A stretch of DNA of 64,000 nt, taken from Rhodothermales bacterium (lineage in GTDB: Bacteria > Bacteroidota > Rhodothermia > Rhodothermales > VXPQ01). The stretch is taken from NCBI GenBank assembly GCA_040904565.1, contig JBBDTI010000064.1:1-64000 (forward strand), in the 5' to 3' direction. The notes below the pieces were generated by a model. It ran no database searches. It was not told the DNA's origin and saw nothing but the letters and a program-made list of their open reading frames with translations. Shown in pieces: positions 39,521-49,255 of the stretch (position 1 is the stretch's first letter; every line of letters starts with the position of its first letter). The translations under genes and the position numbers were made by a program.

Positions 39521-40946
39521 ACACGTCGCGCAGTGCCGCCTCGGCGGCGTGGAAGCCGCACATCCCGTGAACGCCTCCTCCGGGCGGCGTCGACGCGGAA
39601 CATAGATACACGCCTTCCAAAGGCGTTCGGTACGGCGTCGGCGTCGGTACCGGCCGGACCAGCAATTGCCGCAGCGCGGCACTTCCACCGTTAATGTCTC
39701 CGCCGATCAAATTGGCGTTGTCGCGCTGCAGGTCGGCCGTGTTCATCACGTGCCGCTCGCCGATGCAGTCTCTGAAACCCGGTGCGAATCGCTCGATCTG
39801 CGCCTCGATGCGCTCCGTCACGTCCACCGTCGAACCGTTGGGCACGTGACAGTAGGCCCACAGCGTATGCTTCCCCTCCGGCGCACGGCTCGCATCGAAG
39901 CGGCTGTGTTCGGCAGCGAGCACGTACGGACGCTCCGGATGGCGCCCTTTGGAGACGGCGCGCTCCGATGCGGCGATCTCCTGCAGCGAACCGCCGACGT
40001 GCACCGTTCCCGCCCGGCCGCAGACCGCGGCCGACCAGGGCACGGGCTCGTCCATCGCGTAGTCGATCTTAAAGACGCCCGGACCATATTCGAACCGCTG
40101 CAGCCAGCGTGTGTAGGCCGACGGCAGCGGCCGGTCCGTCATATTGAAAAATTGGCGAGGCGTGACGTCCAGCAGCACGGCGGGCGCCGACGGTATCTCA
40201 CGCAGCTTCTCGACGCGCCGTCCCGTAACGATCTCGCCGCCCAGCTCCCGGAAGACGTGTCCGAGCGCCTCGGCGATCTGCTGCGCACCGCCTTTCGGCA
40301 TCGGCCAGCCCACGGCGTGTCCGGCCGCACCGAGCACCAACCCGATCGCCGATGAAGAGATCGCCTCGAGCGGAAGCAACGAGTGCGCGGCGAGCCCCGC
40401 AAACAGTGCGCGAGCCTCCTCCGTTTCGAACGTCCGTCGAGAAAATCCTCTGGCCGGTTGGAGCGCCCGGAGACCGAACCGGCCCATGAACAGCACATCG
40501 TCCGGCACCCGGAGAAGCGGTCGGAGGATGTTGCTCGTGAGACGGTCGAAATGCGTCACGAGCGGCTCCATCACGTTCCGGTACGACGATCCGTCCACTC
40601 CCAGACTATCGCACGTCGCGTCCAGCGAGCGCGAAAGAACGGCGGCACGCCCCCCATCGAGCGGATGAGCCAGCGGCACCTCGGGGTGGATCCATTCGAG
40701 TCCGTATCGGCCGAGATCCAGGCTCCGGAAAAAAGGTGAGGCGACCGCCATCGGATGAATCGCCGAACAACGATCGTGCACGAAGTCCGGCCGCGTCAGC
40801 TCGGCCGATCGCATCCCACCCCCGATCGTTTCGTTCGCCTCGACGAGCAGCACACCAAGCCCTTGCCGAGCCAGCCGCACGGCGGCGGCGAGCCCGTTGG
40901 GTCCCGCGCCGACGACGACCGCGTCATATCCGTTCTGCTTTTCCAT
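39513..40946 (-). CDS. FAD-dependent oxidoreductase, phytoene dehydrogenase-like
   Basis: DAVVVGAGPNGL, IGGG, CSAIHP, GDINGG, STPPGGGVHGMCG; ATG 40946. Confidence 0.88.
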   Translation of the reverse strand: MEKQNGYDAVVVGAGPNGLAAAVRLARQGLGVLLVEANETIGGGMRSAELTRPDFVHDRCSAIHPMAVASPFFRSLDLGRYGLEWIHPEVPLAHPLDGGRAAVLSRSLDATCDSLGVDGSSYRNVMEPLVTHFDRLTSNILRPLLRVPDDVLFMGRFGLRALQPARGFSRRTFETEEARALFAGLAAHSLLPLEAISSSAIGLVLGAAGHAVGWPMPKGGAQQIAEALGHVFRELGGEIVTGRRVEKLREIPSAPAVLLDVTPRQFFNMTDRPLPSAYTRWLQRFEYGPGVFKIDYAMDEPVPWSAAVCGRAGTVHVGGSLQEIAASERAVSKGRHPERPYVLAAEHSRFDASRAPEGKHTLWAYCHVPNGSTVDVTERIEAQIERFAPGFRDCIGERHVMNTADLQRDNANLIGGDINGGSAALRQLLVRPVPTPTPYRTPLEGVYLCSASTPPGGGVHGMCGFHAAEAALRDVFT

Positions 40947-40974
40947 CGACACCCCGCTTACCTCGTCGGACTCA

Positions 40975-42936
40975 TCAGGTCGGAAATTGCTTGATATGCT
41001 CCGTAGGCGGCTGTTTGCCCGTACCCGCCGCAACGGGCGACGCTTCGTGAATGTAGAACCGGTCGTTGGGCAACGTATCGTTATGGCGGCGTGCCGCGGA
41101 CGCCGCTTCCAACATCGACGCATCGGCGTTGTGACGCAGCTCGCCGATATTCTTCATGAAGTCGACCTCCATCAGGTCGAAGAGATGCTTGAACGCGGCG
41201 CGGTCCCGTTCGAACGCCGCGCCGGACGTCCCCCCGCGCAGCTGCGCATCCATCTTCGAGAGCGAGACGGACAGTGCAAACAGCATGATCGCGTTGTCGG
41301 CCAGGCGCGCCTGAACGGCCTGACGCTTGATGATCTCCTCCCGGTGCCTTTTACTCACCAGCTTAACGTGGTGCGCATGCTTCTGAATGAGACGGGACAG
41401 CCGGTCTCCGTACGATGCTAGGGCGGGGTGGATGGCATCGATACGAGGTGCCGGAGGCAGGATGCCCGCGAAGAGCTCAGCCGCAAGCGGCACGGCGCGT
41501 CGGAGTATGTCCGGATTCATAAGGTTCGATACGATGCGGGACAGATTTTCCGTGACGTCCTCCTCCTCGTCCCACCCTACGGCGTCCTGGACGCTCACCA
41601 TCGACTCGGCCAGTTGCTTGCCTCCGTAACCGAAGATGAACGACTGCATCACCTCGTTCGACCCTTCCACGATACGATGGATGCGGTTGTCGCGCCAGAC
41701 GCGTTCCAGCTCATTCTCCGCCATATAGCCCTCTCCTCCCATCAGCTGCATCGCGTCGTCGATGACCTCCCAACCGTAGTGAGAGCAAAACACCTTCGTC
41801 GCCGCCGTCTCCACCATGATGTCCGTGTCACCGCGATCGAGCATGCCCGTCGTCATGTAGAGCATGGCATCCATGGCATACGTGTACGCCGCCATCCGAG
41901 CGATCTTTTGCTGCACGAGCTCAAAGTCGGCCAGCGGCCGCCCGAACTGATACCGCGTCTGCACCCACTTGATGCTCTGATCCATCGCATGCTTGGCCGC
42001 ACCGCCGACTCCGGCCGACAGCGTGCAGCGGCCGAAATTCAGACAGCTCAGGGCGACGACCAGGCCCTTACCCTCCTTGAAGAGAAGATTTTCCTTCGGC
42101 ACGCGCACATCCGTGAAGCGGATGCGTGCCTGCCAGGTCCCTCGGATGCCCGCCTTGCTGCGATTCTTCTCGAACACCTCCACCCCCTCCATGTCGGGCG
42201 TACAGATGAGAGCCGTGACGCCTTCCTTCTCCTCACCTGTTTCCGGATCGACGATCTGCTGCTTGGCCATCACCGTAAAGAGGCCGCTGATCGCACCGGA
42301 GGTGCTCCACTTCTTCTCGCCGTTCAACACGTAATGTGAGCCGTCTTCCGACAGCACACAATAGGTCTCCTGACCGGCGGCATCCGATCCGGCGTTGGGC
42401 TCCGAGAGGCAGAACGCCGACAGCGTCTCGCGAGCTACCTGAGGCAGATAGCGGTCTTTCTGCGTCTCGCTGCCGAACAGCATGATCGCCTTGCAACCGA
42501 TCGACTGGTGCGCCGACACGACGACCGCCGTCGAAGCGCAGTGTTTTCCGATCAGCTCTAGGACGCGGTTGTAGCTCGTCACGCCGAGACCCAATCCGCC
42601 GTACTTCTCCGGGATGGTCATTCCCATCACCCCGAGACCGAACAACCGCCTGATGACCCATTCGGGGATATATTCTTCCTGGTCGATGAGCACGGATGGA
42701 TGCTCGTCGTTCAGGTAGGCGCCAAGCCGATCCATGAGCGCGTCACAATCGCGGCGCTCCGACTCGGACACTTCCGGATACGGCAGGACCAGATCACCCC
42801 GAAAGCGTCCCCAGAACAGATTTTTAATGAACCCCATCCGCCCTGGCTCAGGCCCGAGCATGGTCTCGACGTCCCGCAGCATCTGTTTGTCGGCCGCCGA
42901 GACGTTCTTGAGTGTCGTTAATTTCGATTCGGACAT
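40975..42936 (-). CDS. Acyl-CoA dehydrogenase (long, VLCAD/ACAD9-like)
   Basis: FCLSEPNAGSD, NGEKKW, RYQFGRPL, GGEGY, RIVEGSNE. Confidence 0.92.
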   Translation of the reverse strand: MSESKLTTLKNVSAADKQMLRDVETMLGPEPGRMGFIKNLFWGRFRGDLVLPYPEVSESERRDCDALMDRLGAYLNDEHPSVLIDQEEYIPEWVIRRLFGLGVMGMTIPEKYGGLGLGVTSYNRVLELIGKHCASTAVVVSAHQSIGCKAIMLFGSETQKDRYLPQVARETLSAFCLSEPNAGSDAAGQETYCVLSEDGSHYVLNGEKKWSTSGAISGLFTVMAKQQIVDPETGEEKEGVTALICTPDMEGVEVFEKNRSKAGIRGTWQARIRFTDVRVPKENLLFKEGKGLVVALSCLNFGRCTLSAGVGGAAKHAMDQSIKWVQTRYQFGRPLADFELVQQKIARMAAYTYAMDAMLYMTTGMLDRGDTDIMVETAATKVFCSHYGWEVIDDAMQLMGGEGYMAENELERVWRDNRIHRIVEGSNEVMQSFIFGYGGKQLAESMVSVQDAVGWDEEEDVTENLSRIVSNLMNPDILRRAVPLAAELFAGILPPAPRIDAIHPALASYGDRLSRLIQKHAHHVKLVSKRHREEIIKRQAVQARLADNAIMLFALSVSLSKMDAQLRGGTSGAAFERDRAAFKHLFDLMEVDFMKNIGELRHNADASMLEAASAARRHNDTLPNDRFYIHEASPVAAGTGKQPPTEHIKQFPT

Positions 42937-43230
42937 GTCAGGTGGTTGCGTTCAGTTGCTGGTGCCGCCGGTCGGCAAGAGGGCTCGTCGACCGGTAGCC
43001 GGTCTACCCCGTGCATCGATCGCCCGTGTCTGAAATAAGCATCTATAACCGTGCCGAACCCCACGCATGGGGCTTCCGGTCCCGCGTACGCCTTTGCAAG
43101 TACATGGCCGAAAGCGCTTCCGGTTTCTTCGATGTCGCTCTTTCGGAGAAAATTCTACGCTTCCTCGAAAGAAGCGGTCTGCCCAGTCCCTTTATTGATA
43201 TCGTCTCTTCTCAGTGGATATCCTTCAATC

Positions 43231-44067
43231 ATGCCGACACCCACGTTTTCGGAGCGACTTCAGGCCGTTCAGCGCAGCACGTCGTCTGTGCTGTGCGTTG
43301 GACTCGATCCCGACCTGGACCGTCTCCCGAGGCACCTAACGGACGGCGCATCTCCCGCGGAGGCCGTCCTCACCTTCCATCGAGCCATCATTGAAGCCAC
43401 GGCCTCCGTCGCGTGCGCCTATAAGCTCAACCTCGCGTTCTTCGAGGCTCTCGGAGCGGCTGGATGGGAAGCTATTCGATCCACCCTGGAGGCCATCCCG
43501 GACGACGTCCTGACCATTGCTGACGGAAAGCGCGGTGATATCGGTAATTCGGCCCGCTTTTACGCCCGTTCCACCTTCGAGCAGCTCGGCTTCGATGCAT
43601 GCACCGTGTCGGGCTACATGGGAGAAGACAGCGTCACACCTTTTCTCCAGTACTCGGGGCGCGGCGTGTTCCTCCTTGCGCGGACGTCGAATCCGGGCGC
43701 GACCGATTTCCAGGAGATCTCCTGCGGAGAGGCTCCCTTTTTCGAACATGTCGTGCGAACCGCTACCAAATGGGACGCCGACCTGCCCGGAACGCTCGGC
43801 TTCGTGGCCGGCGCCACCGACATCGACGCGTTGCGGCGCATTCGAGCGCTCGCTCCGACCGCTCCGCTTCTGATCCCCGGCATCGGCGCGCAGGGCGGCG
43901 ACGCCGGCGCGGTGATGCGCGTGGCCGCCGCGCTCGGAGCGCCGGTCCTGATTAACAGCAGCCGATCGATCATTTACGCCTCCGAAGGGCGGGATTTCGC
44001 CGAGGCGGCTGCTCGCGAAGCGGAATCGCTTCGTTCGCTGCTCGCAGGCACGGATATGCTTCCATAG
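43231..44067 (+). CDS. pyrF: Orotidine-5'-phosphate decarboxylase
   Basis: LCVGLDP, DGKRGDIGNS, RTSNPG, LIPGIGAQGG, INSSRSIIYA; ATG 43231. Confidence 0.95.
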   Translation: MPTPTFSERLQAVQRSTSSVLCVGLDPDLDRLPRHLTDGASPAEAVLTFHRAIIEATASVACAYKLNLAFFEALGAAGWEAIRSTLEAIPDDVLTIADGKRGDIGNSARFYARSTFEQLGFDACTVSGYMGEDSVTPFLQYSGRGVFLLARTSNPGATDFQEISCGEAPFFEHVVRTATKWDADLPGTLGFVAGATDIDALRRIRALAPTAPLLIPGIGAQGGDAGAVMRVAAALGAPVLINSSRSIIYASEGRDFAEAAAREAESLRSLLAGTDMLP

Positions 44068-44082
44068 TCGCGAATCGCGCGC

Positions 44083-44134
44083 CTCGTGCTCGATACCTGG
44101 CTCGTGCGCGATGCCTGGCTCGTGCTCAATCCGG
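44083..44134. repeat. 18-bp tandem repeat (CTCGTGCTCGATRCCTGG-like, about 2.9 copies)
   Basis: Units start at 44083, 44101 and 44119 between pyrF and DUF2851. Confidence 0.8.
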
Positions 44135-44226
44135 CTGCTTCATGTGCAATCTTCCCTCCTTGTGAGCGCGAGAGGTTATGCCGGAGGCGACCGTGTGTCT
44201 TAGGGGGTAGAAGCAACCCCGCGGCC

Positions 44227-45621
44227 ATGCCATCTACCTATTTCTACGGATTTTCCGACGACGTTCTGGAAGTCGTCCTGCACGAACCGAAATCCGGACT
44301 CGTACCTGAAGCGCTCGTGCAGGACATCTGGCTGAACCGGCGGATCACACGTCGGGGACTCTCCACCACGGACGGTACCTCGCTCGAGGTGCTGTACCCC
44401 GGGCGGCTGAACACCGACGCTGGACCCGACTTCCTCGGTGCGCGGCTACGAATGGGACCGACCCTGTGGAACGGCGCCGTCGAGATCCACGTGACGTCCG
44501 GGAGCTGGCTGGATCATCGGCATGGCGACGACCCGCGCTACAATGCGACCGTGCTCCACGTCACCCTGTACGCCGATATGTGGACCGGGCGACTGCGGCG
44601 TGCCGACGGTTCGACCCTCCCGGAACTCGTGCTCTATCCCCTCCTCGAGGAACGCCTCCGGTCGCTCCTCCGTGCCTTCTACCTGCGCACGGAGCAGCGT
44701 ATATACTGTGCCGGCGGATGGGACCGCGTTCCAGACGCCGTGCGCGCCCGATATCTCCGCGAGCTGGCAATGGAACGTACGGTATCGCGCTCACGACGTT
44801 TTGCGTCCGGCGACGCGCACCAGGTGTTCTACGAAGCGACGTTTGCGGGGCTCGGCTATGCCAAGAATGCCCAGGCCATGCGCACGCTCGCGCAGACCGT
44901 GCCGCTCGAGGCATGCCGCACGGTGAGCGAATCCGCCGACATCGAGGCCCTGTATCTGGGTTGCTCCGGCTTGCTGCCCCAGCCGGCGGCTCTCCTGGAG
45001 GCCGATCGCGCGACGGCCGACTACGTGATGGAACTGCACGATCGGTTCGATCGCCTCCGACACCGGCTGGCACTTACCGCCATGCCGGCTTCATCCTGGC
45101 GCTTCTTTCGACTTCGACCCGCCAATTTCCCTCCGCTTCGAATCGCTCAGGCCGCGGCACTTCTCCGGCCGGATGGGCTTCCGCGGGAGGATCCGATGCC
45201 TCGGCTTTCGGCAGCTGCCCGCGTTCGTGAGCCGCTTGCGGCCCTGCGGGCCGTCTTCGATGTCAGGCTCGATCCATTCTGGGACGAGCATTTCCGGCTG
45301 GAGAAGCGTACGACGCCTCACAGCTCCAGGATCGGCCGCCAGCGGATCGATGCCCTGCTCATTAACGTCGTGGTGCCTGCGCTGCTGGCTCTCGCCCGCC
45401 AGGCCGGCGAAGACGACGAGGCATGCTGGCGGCTTCTGGAACAACTCCCCGCCGGAAGCGACGAGGTAACCCGCCTGTTCGATGCCCTGGGCACGCGACC
45501 GGGCACGGCGGTGGACTCCCAGGGGCTCCATCAGCTCTATCGAACCCGTTGCTCGCAGGCACGATGCCTGTCCTGCCGGATCGGCGAAGAAGTCCTCGCA
45601 CGAATCCCCCGAGATACCTGA
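44227..45621 (+). CDS. DUF2851 family protein
   Basis: PG..N..AGPDF..A, G.VEIH, W..H.H..DP.Y....LHV, RPANFP..R, C-terminal C-x4-C-x2-C; ATG 44227. Confidence 0.8.
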   Translation: MPSTYFYGFSDDVLEVVLHEPKSGLVPEALVQDIWLNRRITRRGLSTTDGTSLEVLYPGRLNTDAGPDFLGARLRMGPTLWNGAVEIHVTSGSWLDHRHGDDPRYNATVLHVTLYADMWTGRLRRADGSTLPELVLYPLLEERLRSLLRAFYLRTEQRIYCAGGWDRVPDAVRARYLRELAMERTVSRSRRFASGDAHQVFYEATFAGLGYAKNAQAMRTLAQTVPLEACRTVSESADIEALYLGCSGLLPQPAALLEADRATADYVMELHDRFDRLRHRLALTAMPASSWRFFRLRPANFPPLRIAQAAALLRPDGLPREDPMPRLSAAARVREPLAALRAVFDVRLDPFWDEHFRLEKRTTPHSSRIGRQRIDALLINVVVPALLALARQAGEDDEACWRLLEQLPAGSDEVTRLFDALGTRPGTAVDSQGLHQLYRTRCSQARCLSCRIGEEVLARIPRDT

Positions 45622-45705
45622 TAGGTCTCGCTCCCCTTTAATCCGTTGCGGCGAGCCCCTATTTTAGCCGGGAGACGTTTCCAGATCCATCCAATCCGCC
45701 CCACC

Positions 45706-46017
45706 GTGCTCGTTCGCCTCGTACGCATGACGTTCCGTCCCGACCGGGTCGACACGTTTCTATCCATCTTCGACGAGTCGGCACCACGTATCCGGGTCTT
45801 CCCGGGATGCACGCACCTGGAGCTGCTGCAGGACCATACCTACCCGAACGTGCTCACTACGCTCAGCCACTGGGATCATGACGATGCCCTGCAGCGCTAC
45901 CGAGCCAGCAATCTTTTTCGAAGCACCTGGTCCCGCACCAAACCCCTCTTTGCTGCGCCGCCGGAGGCCTACAGTCACCATCTTCTCCGCGAACATCCCG
46001 TACCGGATCGGGCTTAA
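45706..46017 (+). CDS. Antibiotic biosynthesis monooxygenase-like (ABM) protein
   Basis: RLVRMTF, IRVFPGC, SHW, YRASNLFRSTW..TKPLF; GTG 45706. Confidence 0.8.
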   Translation: MLVRLVRMTFRPDRVDTFLSIFDESAPRIRVFPGCTHLELLQDHTYPNVLTTLSHWDHDDALQRYRASNLFRSTWSRTKPLFAAPPEAYSHHLLREHPVPDRA

Positions 46018-46120
46018 TTCTCTATTGGACTGGCCGATACGTAGGATATAGTAGGTCACCCTAACCGGAGTCTCCGTATCTCCCCACGACGGAACCCCGC
46101 AACCGCCGTCCACGCCCTCC

Positions 46121-47026
46121 ATGCCAGAGACCCAGCGCATCACGCCGGCCACGCGCATCGACCGGAAACCGAATTTCGATATTCGCTTTCCGCCCCTGCC
46201 CCGAACGGTCGCAGAGGTCACGAAGCTCGTTGCGGACAAGCGTGACGTGCCGGATACGCCCCGACTGGTCAGCGTCGTAAATTCCGACCCCGTCGTCGCG
46301 GGATCCGTCCTGCGTCGGATCAACTCGGCGTACTACGGCGTCCGTCGACGCGTCGGCGACATCCACAAGGCCGTGCATCTGCTGGGATTCGAAGAAGTGT
46401 GCGATATCGTCCTTACGTCGGGCATGATGCGCCTGCAGGACATTCTCAACTCCGGGGAGCAGGCGCGCATCTTCGACCAGATCATGCGTATGAGCGTGGG
46501 CACGGCGTCGTTTTCGAAAAAGATCGCGGCACACCTGAATCTCTATCAGCAATCATCCGCATTTACACTGGGCCTGCTGCACACGTGCGGACGGCTCGTG
46601 CTCCTCTACAACCGGCCGGACGATTACGAGGCGCTGTGGTGCACGAATGATTACGGTTTCGCACCGACGGTTACGTCGGAGCAAATCATCTTCGGAACGG
46701 ATCACGCCGAGCTGGGCTCCATGGCCGCTGACAGCTGGCATCTGCCCGAATTCGTGGTTAAGGTCATACGACAGTACCTCACGCCGGGACATCTCGAGGA
46801 CCACGAGCTACGGGTGCTTGGACTAACCCTGGCCGTGTCGGCCAATGCGTGCGAACGCCTCTGCCTGGATCCCTCACTCACTGAAGCACGCTTCGAGCCA
46901 TCCGCCGCACTCCACCTCCTCGCCAAAGCGACGCGCAAGAGTCCGGCTGAAATCGTCGAGGTCGTCGAATCGAGCTGGCGTGAAGTGTTCGACTACACGC
47001 ACAGCATGGTCGACCCCGAGTCATAG
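46121..47026 (+). CDS. Stand-alone HDOD domain protein
   Basis: PPLP, DPVVAGSVLRRINSAYYG, AVHLLG, GLLHTCG, G.DHAELG...A..WHLP. Confidence 0.88.
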   Translation: MPETQRITPATRIDRKPNFDIRFPPLPRTVAEVTKLVADKRDVPDTPRLVSVVNSDPVVAGSVLRRINSAYYGVRRRVGDIHKAVHLLGFEEVCDIVLTSGMMRLQDILNSGEQARIFDQIMRMSVGTASFSKKIAAHLNLYQQSSAFTLGLLHTCGRLVLLYNRPDDYEALWCTNDYGFAPTVTSEQIIFGTDHAELGSMAADSWHLPEFVVKVIRQYLTPGHLEDHELRVLGLTLAVSANACERLCLDPSLTEARFEPSAALHLLAKATRKSPAEIVEVVESSWREVFDYTHSMVDPES

Positions 47027-47041
47027 CAACCCGGAACCCGC

Positions 47042-47650
47042 TCAGTGCCCGTCAGCCCCGTCCGGACCGGCGACCACCTGCACCGGCATGTCCAGCCGAA
47101 AATCGGCCCGTAGGGCGGCACCCGACTCCACGCGCCGTACCACCTCATTCACGGTCAGCACGCTTCCGCGGTCCGCTATCCTCGGATAATACGGCGGAAC
47201 GAGCGCATACGGACGAGCCTCGTCGATAGCTGACGACATCGCTGCTTCGCCGAAGGCATCGTAGACGTAGCGCAGCAGACTCTGATACCTGCCCCGAACC
47301 AGATGCCGAGCGCCGACGAGTGCTCCGTACACGCGGCTCAGCGTGCGATAGCCGGCGTCAGCCGAAAGTCGCGCGGCGGTCGCACCGTGTTCGTCCAGAG
47401 CCGCAGCGTGAGCCCGAACCAGCTCCGCGTAATGCGCGGCGACGGCCTCGAGTATCGGATGATCCGTCGCGGCCGATTCAAGCGCGCGGAGGTCTGCCCG
47501 GGCACGCGCTAAATCTTCCTCGAAGCGATCGAGAACGCGCTCGATCTGTCGATACGTTGCTGCTTCGGTTCCATATCCGCCGTACGACCGGCATCCGGAA
47601 ACGAGCAGAAATACGATAAGGAGGACGGTCCACGTCCACTTGCGACTCAT
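47042..47650 (-). CDS. Hypothetical lipoprotein
   Basis: Lipobox-type signal LLVSG-C followed by a helical domain. Confidence 0.6.
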   Translation of the reverse strand: MSRKWTWTVLLIVFLLVSGCRSYGGYGTEAATYRQIERVLDRFEEDLARARADLRALESAATDHPILEAVAAHYAELVRAHAAALDEHGATAARLSADAGYRTLSRVYGALVGARHLVRGRYQSLLRYVYDAFGEAAMSSAIDEARPYALVPPYYPRIADRGSVLTVNEVVRRVESGAALRADFRLDMPVQVVAGPDGADGH

Positions 47651-47712
47651 AGGGTTAGGTAGCGAGAACGGTTCGTAATTCGTCTTTCGGCCCGACCGAA
47701 GCCTGCCGTAGA

Positions 47713-48981
47713 TTAAATAATCGTGTCGTCCGGAATGTGAACGTTCTTGGGAATCACGACGATGCCGTCGCGGATGAAATAATCCTCCCCGTCATATTCA
47801 TCGACGTTGTCGCGGTTTTTAATGATGCAGCGTTTCCCGATGCTCACGTTGCGATCGATGATGGCCCCTTCGATATACGATTCCTCACCCACACCAGGCC
47901 GGTCGGGGCCCTCCACCGGATCGCGCAAACCGGGGTCGTGCCACGGATAGTAGTCCGCCCCCATGAAGACCGTGTTCTTGATCGTCGTATTGTTGCCGAT
48001 GAACGATCGCAGCCCGATCACCGACTGCGATATCTGGCTATTAATGATAACGCTGGCCTCGCTGATCAGCGACTCCTGTACAAACGAGCTCACAATTTTT
48101 GCCGGCGGCAGAATGCGTGCGTTCGTATAGAGCGGCGCCGTCGCATTATAGATATCGTACTCCGGATACCGTTTGCCAAGCATGAGATTGGCGTCGAAGA
48201 ACGAACGAATCGTACCGACGTCGCTCCAGTACCCTTCGAACGGGTAGCTCGCGACGCGGCGGTTGGCGATCGCCTTGGGGATGATTTCGTGTCCGAAATC
48301 GTGCTCCTCCGGATTTTCCTCAAGCATTTCCTGCAAGAGACCCTTATTGAACACGTAGATGCCCATCGACGCCAGGAACGTGCGCCCCTGGTCCCGCATC
48401 TCCGTGCTGACGGGGCTGTCCTTCCCTTCCAGCTCGTCCTGGGCCGGTTTCTCGTGAAATTCCGTAACGATCCCATCTTCGTCTGTCTTCAGGATCCCGA
48501 AAGCGGATGCCTCCTCCCCCCGCACCGGTATCGTGGCCAGCGTAACATCTGCCTTACTGTCTACGTGGTGCCGCAGCATCTTCCGATAATCCATCGTATA
48601 GAGCTGGTCGCCCGAAAGAATGAGCACGTGGGAATGGCGATACGGCTTCAGGTGCGGCATCGACCGCCGTACGGCATCTGCCGTACCCTGAAACCAGTCT
48701 TTCGACTCGGACGTCTGCTCCGCCGCGATAATGCTGACGAAACCCTCCCGAAAGCGATCGAAAGCATAGGAGCGCGCGATGTGCCGGTTGAGGCTGGCGG
48801 AGTTATACTGCGTCAGGACGAAAATCCTGTTGATGCCCGAATTGATAGAGTTGGAAACCGGAATATCGATCAGGCGATACTTACCGCCCAGCGGCACGGC
48901 CGGCTTCGCCCGGTGCATGGTAAGCGGGTACAGACGGGTTCCAGCCCCGCCTCCGAGGATAACGGCCAAGAGTTCTTCCAT
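47713..48981 (-). CDS. glgC: Glucose-1-phosphate adenylyltransferase
   Basis: ILGGGAGTRLYPLT, RAKPAVP, WFQGTADAV, ILSGDQLY, ASMGIY. Confidence 0.97.
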   Translation of the reverse strand: MEELLAVILGGGAGTRLYPLTMHRAKPAVPLGGKYRLIDIPVSNSINSGINRIFVLTQYNSASLNRHIARSYAFDRFREGFVSIIAAEQTSESKDWFQGTADAVRRSMPHLKPYRHSHVLILSGDQLYTMDYRKMLRHHVDSKADVTLATIPVRGEEASAFGILKTDEDGIVTEFHEKPAQDELEGKDSPVSTEMRDQGRTFLASMGIYVFNKGLLQEMLEENPEEHDFGHEIIPKAIANRRVASYPFEGYWSDVGTIRSFFDANLMLGKRYPEYDIYNATAPLYTNARILPPAKIVSSFVQESLISEASVIINSQISQSVIGLRSFIGNNTTIKNTVFMGADYYPWHDPGLRDPVEGPDRPGVGEESYIEGAIIDRNVSIGKRCIIKNRDNVDEYDGEDYFIRDGIVVIPKNVHIPDDTII

Positions 48982-49255
48982 TCCAGATCACCTTACTAAA
49001 CGTTCCCAAACGCGTTTTCGACAAAGTAACGATGCGCTCCGACTAATGTAGGGCCGTTGCAAGATTGTGCATCTCTCCGATGCACTCCGCGCTAATCGCT
49101 GCGAGATACGTCAGGATGCCTCGACCGATCATTGAAACACCTTCTCGCCTCCGACGGTACACAACGCTCGTGCCTCGTGCATTAAGTCGACGTTTGAATA
49201 CACGCCGACTTGCTTCACGAGGTGCTGGAAGCGCCTTTCCGCAGTACCCTGTCTC

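Noticed and set aside
39513-40946. Calling this gene crtI of a carotenoid cluster
   Set aside because: It fits the broad phytoene-dehydrogenase-like family, and there are no crtB/crtE/crtY neighbours.
40958-40980. Minus-strand CTGATGAGTCCGACGAG resembling a hammerhead ribozyme core
   Set aside because: No viable stem II loop and no GAAA; it is the tandem TGA stop codons of the acyl-CoA dehydrogenase gene.
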